Positions 30,608 to 43,088 of a DNA stretch of 64,000 bases are shown here, piece by piece (positions within the stretch are counted from its first letter, which is position 1; every line of letters begins with the position of its first letter). The notes under the pieces are model-generated. The model worked only from the letters and a program-made list of their open reading frames with translations, was not told the DNA's origin and searched no databases. The position numbers and the translations under genes are program-made. The DNA lies in NCBI GenBank assembly GCA_963767975.1, contig CAVYGI010000001.1, positions 19,044-83,043 of the forward strand. The letters run 5' to 3'. Source of the DNA: an uncultured Verrucomicrobiae bacterium. GTDB taxonomy: Bacteria; Verrucomicrobiota; Verrucomicrobiia; Chthoniobacterales; Chthoniobacteraceae.

Positions 30608-32876
30608 ATGCCCCTCCTGCTGCGTCTCCTTCTCCTGTCCGTCCTCGCCGCTCCCCCACTCCATGCGGTGGAAGATGAGCAGGCGGCAAAGCTTCGCGCC
30701 GCTAAAGGTGAAGCGCCGCCGACCAAAGGCTCCGAGATGATTTATGGGCCGGTGCTGATGGACTCGATCCAGTTCTCAGCCAAGCAGCCGGTCGCCGCAA
30801 AAGGCCTCGTCCTCCGTCTCGGGGAAAATGGCGAAGCCAATGTCTGCTACGACACCGACACACTGCGCCTCGCTGTTGTGTGGACGGGCGGCTTTCTCGA
30901 CCTGCGCAAAACGAATATCGGCACCTACAAAGGTGATTTCACCGGCGCGGCTGAAATCGCTGGAACGGTGCTTTTGCAAAACAACAATGGTCCGGGTTGG
31001 TCGACCAATCCGATGTTTCCCGATCCCCGCGCGGACCACGCGGGGCCGCTTCCGCGGGACCACACGCGCTTCAATGGCTTCTACCTGCACGGTGGGCGCG
31101 CGATCCTTTGTACGCCGTCGAGGGCTGTGAGTTCCTCGAATCTCCGAGCTTTGCGAAGCTTGGGGATCGCGGGATTTTGGTTCGTTCATTTTCTGCGGGA
31201 CCCAGCGCGCAGACGTTGCATTTGCGGCTCGCCGATGGGCCTGGCGAGGCGGCTCCGGAGGTCGTTTCGGCCAAAGTCGTCGGCAGCCTGGACGGCAAAG
31301 ATTTCACGATCACCAATGCGCGAGACCGATCCATCGATCTGCACATCCCGCCGCATTCGCAGCCTTTGCACTTCAACGTGGCGATGGGAACGGGCGCTCC
31401 AGCCGACCAGGCGCCTGACCTCGAACGCGCGTTTGGCCCACCCCAGGATTTGGCACTCCTTTGTCGCGGCGGCGAAGCGCGTTGGCCCACGAAAATCGAG
31501 GTGAAAGGCGAACTCGCGAGCGATTCTGCGGCCTATGTCGTCGATACGATTCCGCTGCCGAGCGACAATCCGTGGAAGTCGTGGATGCGCCTCTCCGCGC
31601 TCGATTTTTTCTCCGACGGCCGCGCTGCGGTTGCGACGCTGAACGGCGATGTCTGGATCGTTTCCGGCCTCGATGCTGAACTGGAGAGGGTGACTTGGAA
31701 ACGGTTTGCGGTCGGGCTCTACGAACCACTCGGACTGAGGATCGTGCGTGATGAAATTCACGTGCACGGCCGCAATCAGATCACGCGGTTGCACGATTTG
31801 AACGGCGACGCCGAAGCCGATTTTTACGAATGCTTCAACAGCGACCGCACGCTTTTCCCGAGCTACCACGCGTTCGCCTTTGACCTCCAGACCGACAGCA
31901 AAGGCAATTTCTACTACGTCGTCGGCGGCAACCAACTTGGCGTGAAACGCGACTGGCACGCCGCGCTTTTTCGCATCTCGCCCGACGGCGCAAAAACCGA
32001 GGTTGTGGCGACCGGTTTCCGTGCGCCCAACGGCATGGGCATTGGGCCACACGACGAAATCGTGGTCGGCGACAATCAGGGGCATTGGATTCCCTCGAGC
32101 AAACTCAACCTCATCAAACCCGGAGGCTTTTACGGCCACGTCGCCGACCCGCGCCACGATCCGAAAGCGCCCGCGCCGGCGAGCTTCGATGCCCCGCTCT
32201 GCTACATCCCGATGACGCTTGATAACTCGAGCGGCGGGCAAATCTGGGTCACGGGCGGGAAGTGGGGGCCATTCGAGGGACACCTGCTGCACACATCCTA
32301 CGGCAAGGCGGCACTGCTCGCGGTGCTCGACGAAAAAGTGGACGGCGTGGCTCAGGGCGGCGCGTTCACCTTCCCGGTGAAATTTGACTCGGGCATCATG
32401 CGCGCGCGGTTCAATCCGAATGATGGCCAACTCTACGTCACCGGCTTGCGCGGGTGGCAAACCACCGGCGCGAAAGACGGCTGCTTTCAGCGGGTCCGCT
32501 TCACCGGAAAGCCGGTAAATCTGCCGACGGAGATGCATGTTCTCAAAGACGGAATCACGATCGGATTTCCGGTCGCGCTCGACCCGATCTATGCGAACGA
32601 CGCCGCGAACTATTCGATCGAGCAATACAACTACCAGTGGTCCAGCACCTACGGTTCGCCCGATCTATCGCTGGAAAATCCGGGCAAAAAGGACGCGACG
32701 CCGTCGAGATCTCCGATGCGAAACTATCGCCGGACGGCAAGTCAGTGACGCTGGCGATCCCAAATCTGAGGCCGGTGATGCAGATGGAAATCAAGCTCCG
32801 CCTGCGCTCCGCCGACGGCGCGGAGATCATCACGATGATCGGAAACACGATCCACAAAATCCCCGGCGCGCCATAG
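30608..32876 (+). pseudogene. Secreted beta-propeller 'membrane-bound dehydrogenase domain'-type protein (Planctomycete/Verrucomicrobial family), two frameshifts
   Basis: Three consecutive frames fit together: 30608-~31100 (signal peptide), 30997-32748 (AAYVVDTIPLPSDNPWKSWMRLSALDFFSDGRAAVATLNGDVWIV..., GFRAPNGMGIGPHDEIVVGDNQGHW) and a tail to 32876 (DAVEISDAKLSPDGKSVTLAIPNLRPVMQMEIK). The family name is inference. Confidence 0.6.
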
Positions 32877-32956
32877 CTCGCGCGGAAGACGCTGATCGCG
32901 CGGATGGGCGAAGGCCAAAATGATCCGCGGAACCCGCGGCTCATCCGACTCGGATT

Positions 32957-33781
32957 TCAGCGTTTGACGCCGATCATTTCGCGCAACTCCTCCGGCGTAC
33001 CCGGGCGGCGCAGCATCGCGACAAGGTATGCGTCTTTGCCGAGATTCGCGGCGGTCGCGAGACGCTCGGGATGCTCGAGGCGCGAGAAGACCACGCGCTT
33101 GATTTTGCTCGAAGGGACCGAGCGCTCTCCGTAGCCGCCCGGTTTGTTCGACGACCAAAATTGAATCGTCTCGACTCCCGCCGGTGTGCGCGTGCGACCG
33201 AGGTAGATGACCGAGTGGCCGAACTCGCGGGAACCGATTTCGTCACTCCAAAAGATCTTCATGAAATCGCCCGGACGCGCGTCGTCGAACGACAGAAAGT
33301 TACGCCCAAGACCCAACTCGAAAAAAAGCCGCGCCGTTCCGGGACCATTCGCATTCCAACGTCCCCACATGCCGACGCCATCGGCCTGCCCGCGAATCGG
33401 CAGCGCTGCGAGCGCGCTCGGCGAGAGGCGCAGACGGCCCTCGTCGATCATTTTTTGCACAACCGACAGGAACACGAGATAGGTCGCGCCCGAGCAGAAA
33501 CTCGGCGTCGCCGCAGCGGGTTCAACCGTCAGCCCGGAGGCATCGGAAGCTGTCGCCTGACGCAGCTTGTCCATCGCCCGCGAAGTCGTCTCGTAGCCGC
33601 CGCCGACGGGCATTTTGCCGAGCGCGGCGAGCACCAGATCATTGCACGATTTCGCGACCGGCGTGGCCAGCATCACGCGCGGCTCGGCCACCTCGGGAGT
33701 CTGCGCGCTCAATGGTGCAGCGCAAAAAAAGAGCACGGCAAAGCATTGCGGAGGGGAAAAGGAGGAATGCGTTTTAGCCAT
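32957..33781 (-). CDS. Secreted protein with NlpC/P60-like Cys/His motifs
   Basis: ORF 32957-33862, with ATG at 33781 (MAKTHSSFSPPQCFAVLFFCAAPLSA). SFCSGATYLVF resembles the D-C-S-G nucleophile motif. RPGDFMKIFW...FGHSVIYLG resembles the PGDL..F...HVGIY His motif. Confidence 0.45.
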   Translation of the reverse strand: MAKTHSSFSPPQCFAVLFFCAAPLSAQTPEVAEPRVMLATPVAKSCNDLVLAALGKMPVGGGYETTSRAMDKLRQATASDASGLTVEPAAATPSFCSGATYLVFLSVVQKMIDEGRLRLSPSALAALPIRGQADGVGMWGRWNANGPGTARLFFELGLGRNFLSFDDARPGDFMKIFWSDEIGSREFGHSVIYLGRTRTPAGVETIQFWSSNKPGGYGERSVPSSKIKRVVFSRLEHPERLATAANLGKDAYLVAMLRRPGTPEELREMIGVKR

Positions 33782-34529
33782 GACAACGAGGATGTGATTG
33801 AGAGCATACACCCCTGCGAAAAAGAGCCTCCAGAGAACTGTGGCCATCCTTGCCCGCGTCAAAAGTCACATCTCTGGTGAGAGCTTCTGGAAGTTGGGCG
33901 CGTTGGTGGAGGCGTTGACCACCAGTCACGATGTCTCGCGGAGTTTTGCGATGGCGCTCGCAAGCTCTTATGCGAGAAGCTCATGAAGTGATGCGGGTTC
34001 ATTGCGGGCTTGCCATCGGCTACTACGGTGAACGTCCACTACCTGCCTCCGTTGATGTCAGGGTCGGCTAGCAAACGGTCGAAAAAAATCCTGTGTGCGT
34101 ATCTCCGGCGTGTGGTCAGCATCGGAGGCATTTTCGTCCTGACCTGCTGGCGCAATTTTGCGGTATTCAGCGCCCGTCGCCGCGCGCAGACTGCCCGCGT
34201 CCGAGACCATGTTGATGAACATGATGTCGGCTTCACGGTCTCGAAATGTCATCGCGTCGCCATAGCGAAGGCGGATGAGCGCCGCGCCAATCGGGAAACG
34301 AATAGAAGGCTTGGTCCGCACTCCATTCATCGCCGCGCAGACCGTGGGATTTCATGGCGATATCGGAGCTTGGCGATCTCTACTTGCGATCTTTCCGAGC
34401 TTGAATCTGCCAGAAAACGCCGATGGCCGTTCCGATCACTCCATTCGCTGAAGTGGTTACTGGCACAATTTTGAGCGCGTTAGTCCCGGCGCTGATCATC
34501 TCACGATTCGTGGGAATCTTCGAAAGGAT

Positions 34530-34763
34530 GTGGAAGATTGGATCGTTAAAAAGCTGCAATCTCTCTTCCACCCGCAGCCCAAAGTGGAGCGCGCAGTGAA
34601 CGATGATTTGGGATTTGATGCGCTGCCGGCGTGTCCTCGGCGCCGCAAGCCGATGGTGAAACGGATATCGAAGCGAGGGCTTAAAGCTGGTTCACGATTT
34701 TGGGGTTGTGCTCAATTTCCGTCGTGCAGAGGAACGATGTCGATGTTGTTTCGTGCAGCATGA
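34530..34763 (+). CDS. Small protein with a degenerate topoisomerase-type zinc-ribbon (possible gene remnant)
   Basis: 77-aa ORF with a GTG start. [35 protein letters not shown] matches the C4 zf pattern CPxCGxPMV...FWGCSxFPxCRGT except that the second Cys is lost. Its stop overlaps the next start (ATGA). Confidence 0.35.
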   Translation: MEDWIVKKLQSLFHPQPKVERAVNDDLGFDALPACPRRRKPMVKRISKRGLKAGSRFWGCAQFPSCRGTMSMLFRAA

Positions 34764-34981
34764 CCACCGCACATTCAAACGATCCGCTTCACGGAGTTAC
34801 CCTCGAGAAGATTCTCATCTTCTTGGTTAATCACTACGGATGGGATGAACTCGGCCAGCGCATCGACATCCGCTGCTTCAACTCCGACCCGAGCATCCAA
34901 TCGAGTTTGAAATTCTTGAGGAAAACGGAATGGGCACGAAAGAAAGTCGAGGCACTTTATCTTGGGACCATATCGGGGTGA
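34760..34981 (+). CDS. DUF2132 (VF530-like) small protein
   Basis: ATG at 34760 within ORF 34700-34981. [61 protein letters not shown] matches the DUF2132 consensus as I remember it. Confidence 0.6.
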   Translation: MTTAHSNDPLHGVTLEKILIFLVNHYGWDELGQRIDIRCFNSDPSIQSSLKFLRKTEWARKKVEALYLGTISG

Positions 34982-35182
34982 TCCGTTGGTCAGTATGAAT
35001 TCTTGCCCCCCTCTCGGAAAGCGCAGCACCGTCAGCGATGATGATGGATTTCATTGCCAATTAGACTGCCAGTATCTTCGACAATCTTACGGTTTTTTAA
35101 GGCTGCATGGGGAAACATGCGATACTTGGAAAAACCGCTCTGAAACCCTGGATCAAAGCTACTCTCGGAGGTTTTCAGAGAA

Positions 35183-35256
35183 TGCATCCGGCGGGGGTCG
35201 AACCCACAACCTCTGCCTTCGGAGGGCAGCGCTCTATCCAGTTGAGCTACGGGTGC
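35183..35256 (-). tRNA. tRNA-Arg (anticodon CCG), one acceptor-stem mismatch
   Basis: The reverse complement folds as GCACCCG/TA/GCTC-AACTGGATA-GAGC/G/CTGCC-CTCCGAA-GGCAG/AGGTT/GTGGG-TTCGACC-CCCGC/CGGATGC/A. Pair 4:69 is C-A. Confidence 0.8.
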
Positions 35257-36282
35257 GTGTTGCTGCGCGGAGGATTATTGAGGACAGCGATTGGCGAAAT
35301 GTCACCGGAAATGTGCGGCTCAGGGTCGCCGGCGAATTCGCCGATGCGGCGGAATTTTTCGTAGCGTTTGGCGAGCAACTCGTCGATTGGCACGCGGCGA
35401 GTTCTTCGAGGTTGCGGCGCACGGCTGCGGCGAGATTCTCGATCGCGGCGACGTGATCCTGATGCGCGCCGCCGAGCGGCTCGGGGATGACTTCGTCGAT
35501 GAGCTTGAGCTCCAGCAGATCGTGCGCGGTGAGCTTCAGCGCGGCGGCGGCTTCGGGCGCGTGCTTGCGGTGCTTCCACAAGAATCGCGGCGCAGCCCTC
35601 GGGGCTGATCACGGAGTAGTAGGCGTTTTCCAGCATCAGCACGCGGTCGGCAACGCCGATGCCGAGCGCGCCGCCGCGAGCCGCCTTCGCCGATGACGAC
35701 GGCGACGATCGGCGTGCGCAGCACCATCATTTCGCGCAGATTCACGGCGATGGCCTCGGAGATGTGACGCTCCTCCGCGCCGACGCCGGGATAGGCGCCG
35801 GGCGTGTCGATGAGCGCGACGAACGGCAGGCCGAATTTCTCCGCCAGCGCATCAGCCGCAGCGCCTTGCGGTAGCCTTCCGGGTTGGCGCAGCCGAAGTT
35901 GCGCTTGAGGTTTTCCTTCGTGTCGCGGCCTTTCTGGTGACCGATGACCACGCACTTGTGCCCTGCCGATCGTGGCGAGGCCGCCGGGCATGGCGCGGTC
36001 GTCGGCGAAGAGCCGGTCGCCGTGCAGTTCGATGAAATCGCTGAACGAGAGCTGGAGGTAATCGAGCGTGAAGGGCCGCGCCGGATGGCGGGCGATCTGC
36101 ACGCGCTGCCACGGCGTCAGGTTCTGGTAGATGTCGCGCTTGGTCTCCTCGATCTTCTCCTCCATGCGGCGCACTTCCGCGTCGAGATTGATGTCGTTGG
36201 CGCGCGAGTGCCGCTTCAGATCGGCGAGCTTTTCCTCGAGCTCGACGATCGGTTTTTCAAATTCCAGCGGGGTCTGCTTCAT
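35247..36282 (-). pseudogene. accA: Acetyl-CoA carboxylase carboxyltransferase alpha subunit, frameshifted several times
   Basis: MKQTPLEFEKPIVELEEKL...[19 protein letters not shown] is in ORF 35536-36282. [33 protein letters not shown] is in ORF 35742-35951. [44 protein letters not shown] and the tail [15 protein letters not shown] lie in other frames. The last frame would overlap tRNA-Arg by 10 nt, so the 3' end is uncertain. Confidence 0.8.
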
Positions 36283-36383
36283 GGGGCGAATTGAGAGATG
36301 AGAGGTAAGAGTGGAGAGCGGGAAAAGACGAGCGTCGAGCGCGACTTCGTTCTTTCAACTTCCTCCATCTAACTTCGGCGAAG

Positions 36384-37157
36384 TCATTGCTCGATCGTCG
36401 CAGGGTCACCCTTGCGGAGCAAGGTAGCGAGGTCCTCCATGCTTTCGGCCGAGAGGCCAATGCCAGTAGGCGGCTTGTGCAGTGTCTGTCCGCTGTCTGA
36501 AGGAGGCTCGGAGTAGAGGGTGTTCCCCGGGACGTTGAAGGCGATCCAATGCCCGGTCGGCGCGTAGTTTTTGTCGGCGAAAGTGACGCGACGCCCCTTG
36601 TCGTCCCACGCGATGCGCTCGGTGACTTTGCCCGGAATCTTTTGAACTGGCGGCGGGCCGGAGTTTTTTTTCGATGTCGTCGCACGCGGGGGAGGCAGCG
36701 TGAGGATGGGGAATTGTTTGAAGAATTTGCCGTGGTTCAGCAGCACCACTTTTTTTGCACGCTTGTTCACGATCACGGAGAATTCGCCGGGCGTCACCTC
36801 CAGCCGCTGGCCGATCCGCAGCATGGTCCCGGTCAGTCCGTTCGCGCGCATCAGCAACTCCGGTGTGGTCTTCAGGCGGGTGGCGACTTTATTCAGCACG
36901 TCCCCGCTCTTCACGATGTATTCCTGTTTTTCCGGCGCGCGAATGGGCGAGAGAAAAATGCGGGTGTTCAAGTCCCCGAGATGATTCCGAGCTTCCTCGA
37001 TTTTGCTCGAATCGGGGTTCTGCTCGACGAACTGCGTGAACGCCGCGCGCGCTTCCAGCGGCTTGAGGGACTTCAAAAGCGCCACGCATTTCTCGTAATC
37101 CGGGAGCGTCGGATCGGGCAGCGGCGGCTCAGGCGGCAACAGTTTCTCCTCCCGCAA
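36384..37157 (-). CDS. LysM domain protein with a degenerate L,D-transpeptidase-like C-terminal domain
   Basis: LysM part: YIVKSGDVLNKVATRLKTTPELLMRANGLTGTMLRIGQRL. The C-terminal YkuD-like region has TGIGLS where the catalytic HGC is expected. The track start is TTG. The frame stays open upstream to 37334 and encodes a TM helix (LLKTCIILLLAISVFGGGAYW) with no ATG. Confidence 0.6.
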   Translation of the reverse strand: MREEKLLPPEPPLPDPTLPDYEKCVALLKSLKPLEARAAFTQFVEQNPDSSKIEEARNHLGDLNTRIFLSPIRAPEKQEYIVKSGDVLNKVATRLKTTPELLMRANGLTGTMLRIGQRLEVTPGEFSVIVNKRAKKVVLLNHGKFFKQFPILTLPPPRATTSKKNSGPPPVQKIPGKVTERIAWDDKGRRVTFADKNYAPTGHWIAFNVPGNTLYSEPPSDSGQTLHKPPTGIGLSAESMEDLATLLRKGDPATIEQ

Positions 37158-37373
37158 TTCCTCGTGCGGACGGAGGAACAGCTCGTAGGTCCAGTATGCA
37201 CCGCCGCCAAATACGCTGATGGCCAGGAGCAGAATGATGCAGGTCTTGAGCAGGGCGCGGTGAGGTTGGGAGTTGAACTTTGCGAGATCGGGAATGCGCG
37301 GAGCGGAGGAACTATTTGGAAAGCAGCGCGAGTGTCAAAGAAGCGGCGCTCAGCCCTCCGACTCTGGGCCGGC

Positions 37374-37898
37374 TCAAAAAAGTCCGCGTTTCCGAAAGTC
37401 GTCCATGTTCCGCCCGGAGGATTCCTGGATCAGGTCCGCCGCGAATTTCAGCAGGCAGACCTCCCAGCCTTCGTCCACACCCTGAATGATCGCACTCAGC
37501 GGATCTTCCGCGCGATCGACGGTCTCGCCGAGCCGCCCGAGCACCTGCTCCAGCGAGTTGTGAACGACGTGCTCGCTGACGTGACTTTTTCGAAACTGAA
37601 ATCCGTATTTCAGGATCGCCAACTCGCTGGCGTTCTCGCGCATCCAGTTCACGAATTCCTCGGCTCGCTCGCCGAAGCCCTCCAGCACCTGGCGCGGCAG
37701 ATAGCCCGGCGTGAGAATCTGCGGACGCTCCGCGTGCAGGTGCCCGTCGCGAATCCGGATTTGCTGTGCCGAATCCATCAACTCCGTCACCAGATAAAAC
37801 CGAAAGCTCGTCGAGCCAAAGGTCGCAATCCGCTGCACCGGCGCGCGGAAAACGTGTGTATTTTCGATCGCGTATTGAAAGCTGTCTTCGCTGAGCAT
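37374..37898 (-). CDS. Hypothetical protein
   Basis: ORF 37374-37946, with ATG at 37898 (MLSEDSFQYAIENTHVF). Coding-like composition and no motif recognised. Confidence 0.5.
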   Translation of the reverse strand: MLSEDSFQYAIENTHVFRAPVQRIATFGSTSFRFYLVTELMDSAQQIRIRDGHLHAERPQILTPGYLPRQVLEGFGERAEEFVNWMRENASELAILKYGFQFRKSHVSEHVVHNSLEQVLGRLGETVDRAEDPLSAIIQGVDEGWEVCLLKFAADLIQESSGRNMDDFRKRGLF

Positions 37899-38015
37899 GT
37901 GGAGCCCGCGGACTCTAGCGGCTCGCGCCCCGCGCGCAATCTCCACCTCCCCCGCGGCGAGCCGACTTCAAATTTTTCCCGACAAGGAAAAGAAGATGGT
38001 GGAGTTTTCCCTTCG

Positions 38016-41000
38016 ATGAAATCGCTGGCTTCCCCTCCTCGTTCTGTCCGCGCTCAGCTGCCGTCTGCTGGCGGCGGAGGCGCCGTTGCCGGAGAAGGTT
38101 GATTTCAACCGCGACGTCCGGCCGATCCTGTCGGATCTCTGCTACAAGTGCCACGGCTTCGACGACAAGGCGCGGGAAGCGGGACGCCGGCTCGATACCG
38201 CGGCCGGTGCGCTGGCGGAAAAGGACGGTGTGCGCGCCATCGTGCCCGGCAAATTGGCGGAGAGCGATGTGCATGTCCGCATTCACTCGACGGACCGGGA
38301 CGAAGCAATGCCGCCGCTGAAGTCCGGCAAAAAATTGTCCGACCGGCAGAAGGCGGTCCTTGATCGCTGGATCGAACAGGGCGCGGCCTACGCGCAGCAT
38401 TGGGCGTTTCAACCAATCCAACGCGCGCCGCTGCCGGACGCCAAAGCTCACCCGGCGAACCCCATCGATGCCTTCATCCAGGCGCGGCTGGAAAAGGAGG
38501 GGCTCACACCTTCGCCGGAGGCAGACTCCTACACGCTTTCCCGGCGGCTTTACCTCGACCTGATCGGGCTACCCCCGACGCCGGAGGAGGCGGACCGCTT
38601 TGTCGCGGCGAGCAGAGTGGATCGAAATCAAGCCGTCGAAAAGCTCGTCGATCGATCTGCTCGCTTCGCCGCAATACGGCGAACGTTGGGCGCGCCGCTG
38701 GCTCGACCTCGCGCGCTATGCCGACACGAATGGCTACGAGAAAGATCGTCCGCGCAGCATCTGGCCGTTTCGGGATTGGGTGATCAGGCGCTGAACGCCG
38801 ATATGCCTTTCGATCAATTCACGATCGAACAGCTCGCCGGGGACATGCTGCCGCAGCCGACATCCGAGCAGGTGATCGCCACCGGATTTCACCGCAATAC
38901 GATGCTCAACGAAGAAGGCGGCATCGACCCGCTGGAGTTCCGCTTTCTGGCGATGACGGATCGCGTCGCCACCACGGGCACGACCTGGCTGGGGCTCACG
39001 GTCGGCTGCGCGCAGTGCCACACGCACAAATACGACCCGATCCTTCACCGCGAATATTACCAGACTCATGGCGTTTCTCGATAACGCCGACGAGCCGACT
39101 TATCCCATCCGCCCGGCGAACTACGCGGAGACGGTCGCGAAAGTGGAAGCAAGATCGCGACGCTCACCGCCGAGCTGCCAAAGCGCTTCCCAGCGGAAGC
39201 CGCCAAGTGGGAAGTCGCCCAGCGCGTGACGGTGACGACGGCCAGCGGTGCCAGGGCGGAGGCGCTGCCGGATGGCTCGTGGCGGTTCGAGGGACCGGGC
39301 GCACCGGAGGAGACGCTCACTGTCACCATCGAAACGGCGGCGCGGCCGTGGAGGCCATCCGGCTCGAAACTCTGCCGGACCCGAAGCTGCCCAGCGGCGG
39401 ACCCGGGCGCTCGTCGTCGTCGAATTTCGTGCTGACCGACATCGCGATCACCGCCGCTCCGCTCTCGAATCCACGCGCCGGGCAGCCGGTGAAGATCAGC
39501 TCGGTGAAAGCGGATTTTTCGCAGGATAAATATCCGATCGAACACGCGATCGATGCCGACCCGAAGACCGGCTGGGGCATCGCGGGAAAGCCATCTCGGC
39601 ACGCCACATTCCGCGGAGTTCACCTTTGCTCAGCCGGTCCACGTTCCCGGCGGCGCGCGGCTGACCGTCCAGCTCGCGCAGAACTTCGGCCAGCACCACA
39701 CGTTCGCCCATTTCCGCCTCAGCCTCGCGGGCAAAACGTCAGGCGATTCCGCCACGCTCGAGAATCGCCGCCGAGAGGCCTTGGACCGCGCTTTCGCCGA
39801 CTGGCTGGCGCGCGAATCGGCGGAAGCAATCCGCTGGACGCCGCTTCGACCCGCGGCCGCGACCTCAAACCTACCGATGCTGACCGTGCTCGACGATCTT
39901 TCCATCTTGGCCAGTGGCGATCAGACGAAGACGGACACCTACGAGCTGACCTTCCGCCGCCCGCCGAAAGGGATCACCGCCATCCGCGTGGAGGCGTTGC
40001 CGGATGAGCGCCTGCCGAAGGGCGGGCCGGGACGCGTTTACTACGAAGGGTCCCGCGGGCGATTTCACGATGACGAACTTCACCGCGGAAGCCGATGGGC
40101 AGCCGTGGAAATTCGGAGCCGCCGCGCAGAGTTTCGCGTCCGGGCAGTTCACCGCGAGCGCCGCCATCGACGACAATTTGCAGAGCGGCTGGTCCATCGA
40201 CGGCGGCCAGGGCAAAGCGCACAGTGCCGTCTTCAAGTTCGCCACCCCGCTGGCCGGCGCGCAGGCGCTGAAGCTCTCCATGCAGTTCGCGCGGCACTAT
40301 TCGGCGGACCTCGGCCGCTTCCGGATTTCCGTGACGGACGACCCGCGCGCAGATTGTCACGCGCAACACCGCGCCGCCGGAAATCGAGCGCTGCTGCTCG
40401 TGCCGGAGGCGAAACGCACCGCGGCTGACCGCCGGGCGCTTTTCGAGCACTTCCTCACTCGTCACTCCGGAACTCGCGGACGCGCGCAGGCCGAGATCGC
40501 GAAGCTCGCGTCAATCCCTGACGCGCCTCCGACGACGACTCTCGTGATGAGCGAGCGCCCGCCGGACCATCCACGCCCGACCTTTCTGCACAAGCGCGGC
40601 GAGTTCCTCCAGCCCGGCGAGGAGGTCAGCGCCGGCGTCCCCTCCGTTCTGCCGCCGCTCCCGCCGGGCGTCGCGGCGAACCGCCTCAGCCTTCGCCCGC
40701 TGGCTCGTCTCCCCGGAGAATCCGCTCACCGCGCGCGTCACCGTCAATCGCCAGTGGGCCATCCTTTTCGGCCGCGGCATCGTCAAGACGACCGAGGACT
40801 TCGGCCTCCAGGGCTCGCCGCCGACGCACCCCGAGCTGCTCGACTGGCTGGCCGTCGGAATTCATCCGGCAGGGCTGGTCTCTGAAAAAGCTCCACCGGC
40901 TCATCGTCACCAGCGCCACCTACCGGCAGAGCTCCGTGATCAGCCCGGCGATGCTGGCCCGCGACCCGGAAAATGAGCTGCTCGCCCGCGGCCCGCGCGG

Positions 41001-41604
41001 CCGGCTCGAGGCCGAGCAGGTGCGCGATGCGGCGCTCTCCGCCGCCGGTCTGCTCTCGCTCGAAAATGGGCGGCCCGAGCGTCTATCCGCCGCAGCCCGA
41101 GGGCGTCGGCGACACCGCCTACGGCGGCTACGAAATGGACCGCCGAGCAGCGGTGAGGATCGCTATCGCCGCGGGCTCTACACCTTCGCCAAACGGACCG
41201 CGCCCTACGCCATGTTCAACACCTTCGATGCGCCCGACCGGCGAGGCCTGCGTCGCCCGCCGGGAGGTTTCCAACAACCCGCTGCAGGCCCTCACCCTGC
41301 TCAATGACGTCGTCTTCCTCGAAGCCGCCCAGGCTCTGGGCAAAACCCTCGCCGCGCATCCCGGGACCGGTGGAACAGCGCATCGCCGTCCTCTTCCGCC
41401 GCGTGCCTCACCCGCCCACCGGCGCCGGAGGAAATGGCCCCGCTCGCCGACTTCTTCACGCGGCAGAGAGCCCGCTTCGAGCAGGACGACGCCAGCGCGC
41501 AGAAAGTCGCCGGCGAAGCCAAGGCCGGGCTCGCCGAGCGCGCCGCCTGGACCGCCCTCGCCCGCGCCATCTTCAATCTCGACGAAGCCATCACCCGGAG
41601 CTGA
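38016..41604 (+). pseudogene. PSCyt (Planctomycete cytochrome c) / DUF1549 / DUF1553 protein, many frameshifts
   Basis: ATG at 38016 (MKSLAS), with an immediate frame change in a C-run, then LLVLSALSCRLLAAEAPLPEKVDFNRDVRPILSDLCYKCHG (CxxCH). DUF1549 part: NPIDAFIQARLEKEGLTPSPEAD...[10 protein letters not shown] and [20 protein letters not shown]1553 part: CAQCHTHKYDPI. Later segments lie in all three frames. It ends AIFNLDEAITRS* at TGA 41602-41604. Confidence 0.8.
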
Positions 41605-41607
41605 CCC

Positions 41608-43057
<1,450 letters not shown>

Positions 43058-43088
43058 GTAAAACTCTCCCGCAACGCCCGTTTGCGGC

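Noticed and set aside
34010-34474. A 154-aa plus-strand ORF, and the minus-strand fragments 34058-34330 and 34380-34571 as possible toxin-antitoxin or abortive-infection genes
   Set aside because: I recognised no motif. The fragments sit in different frames with stops between them. I kept only the observation that the patch looks degraded.
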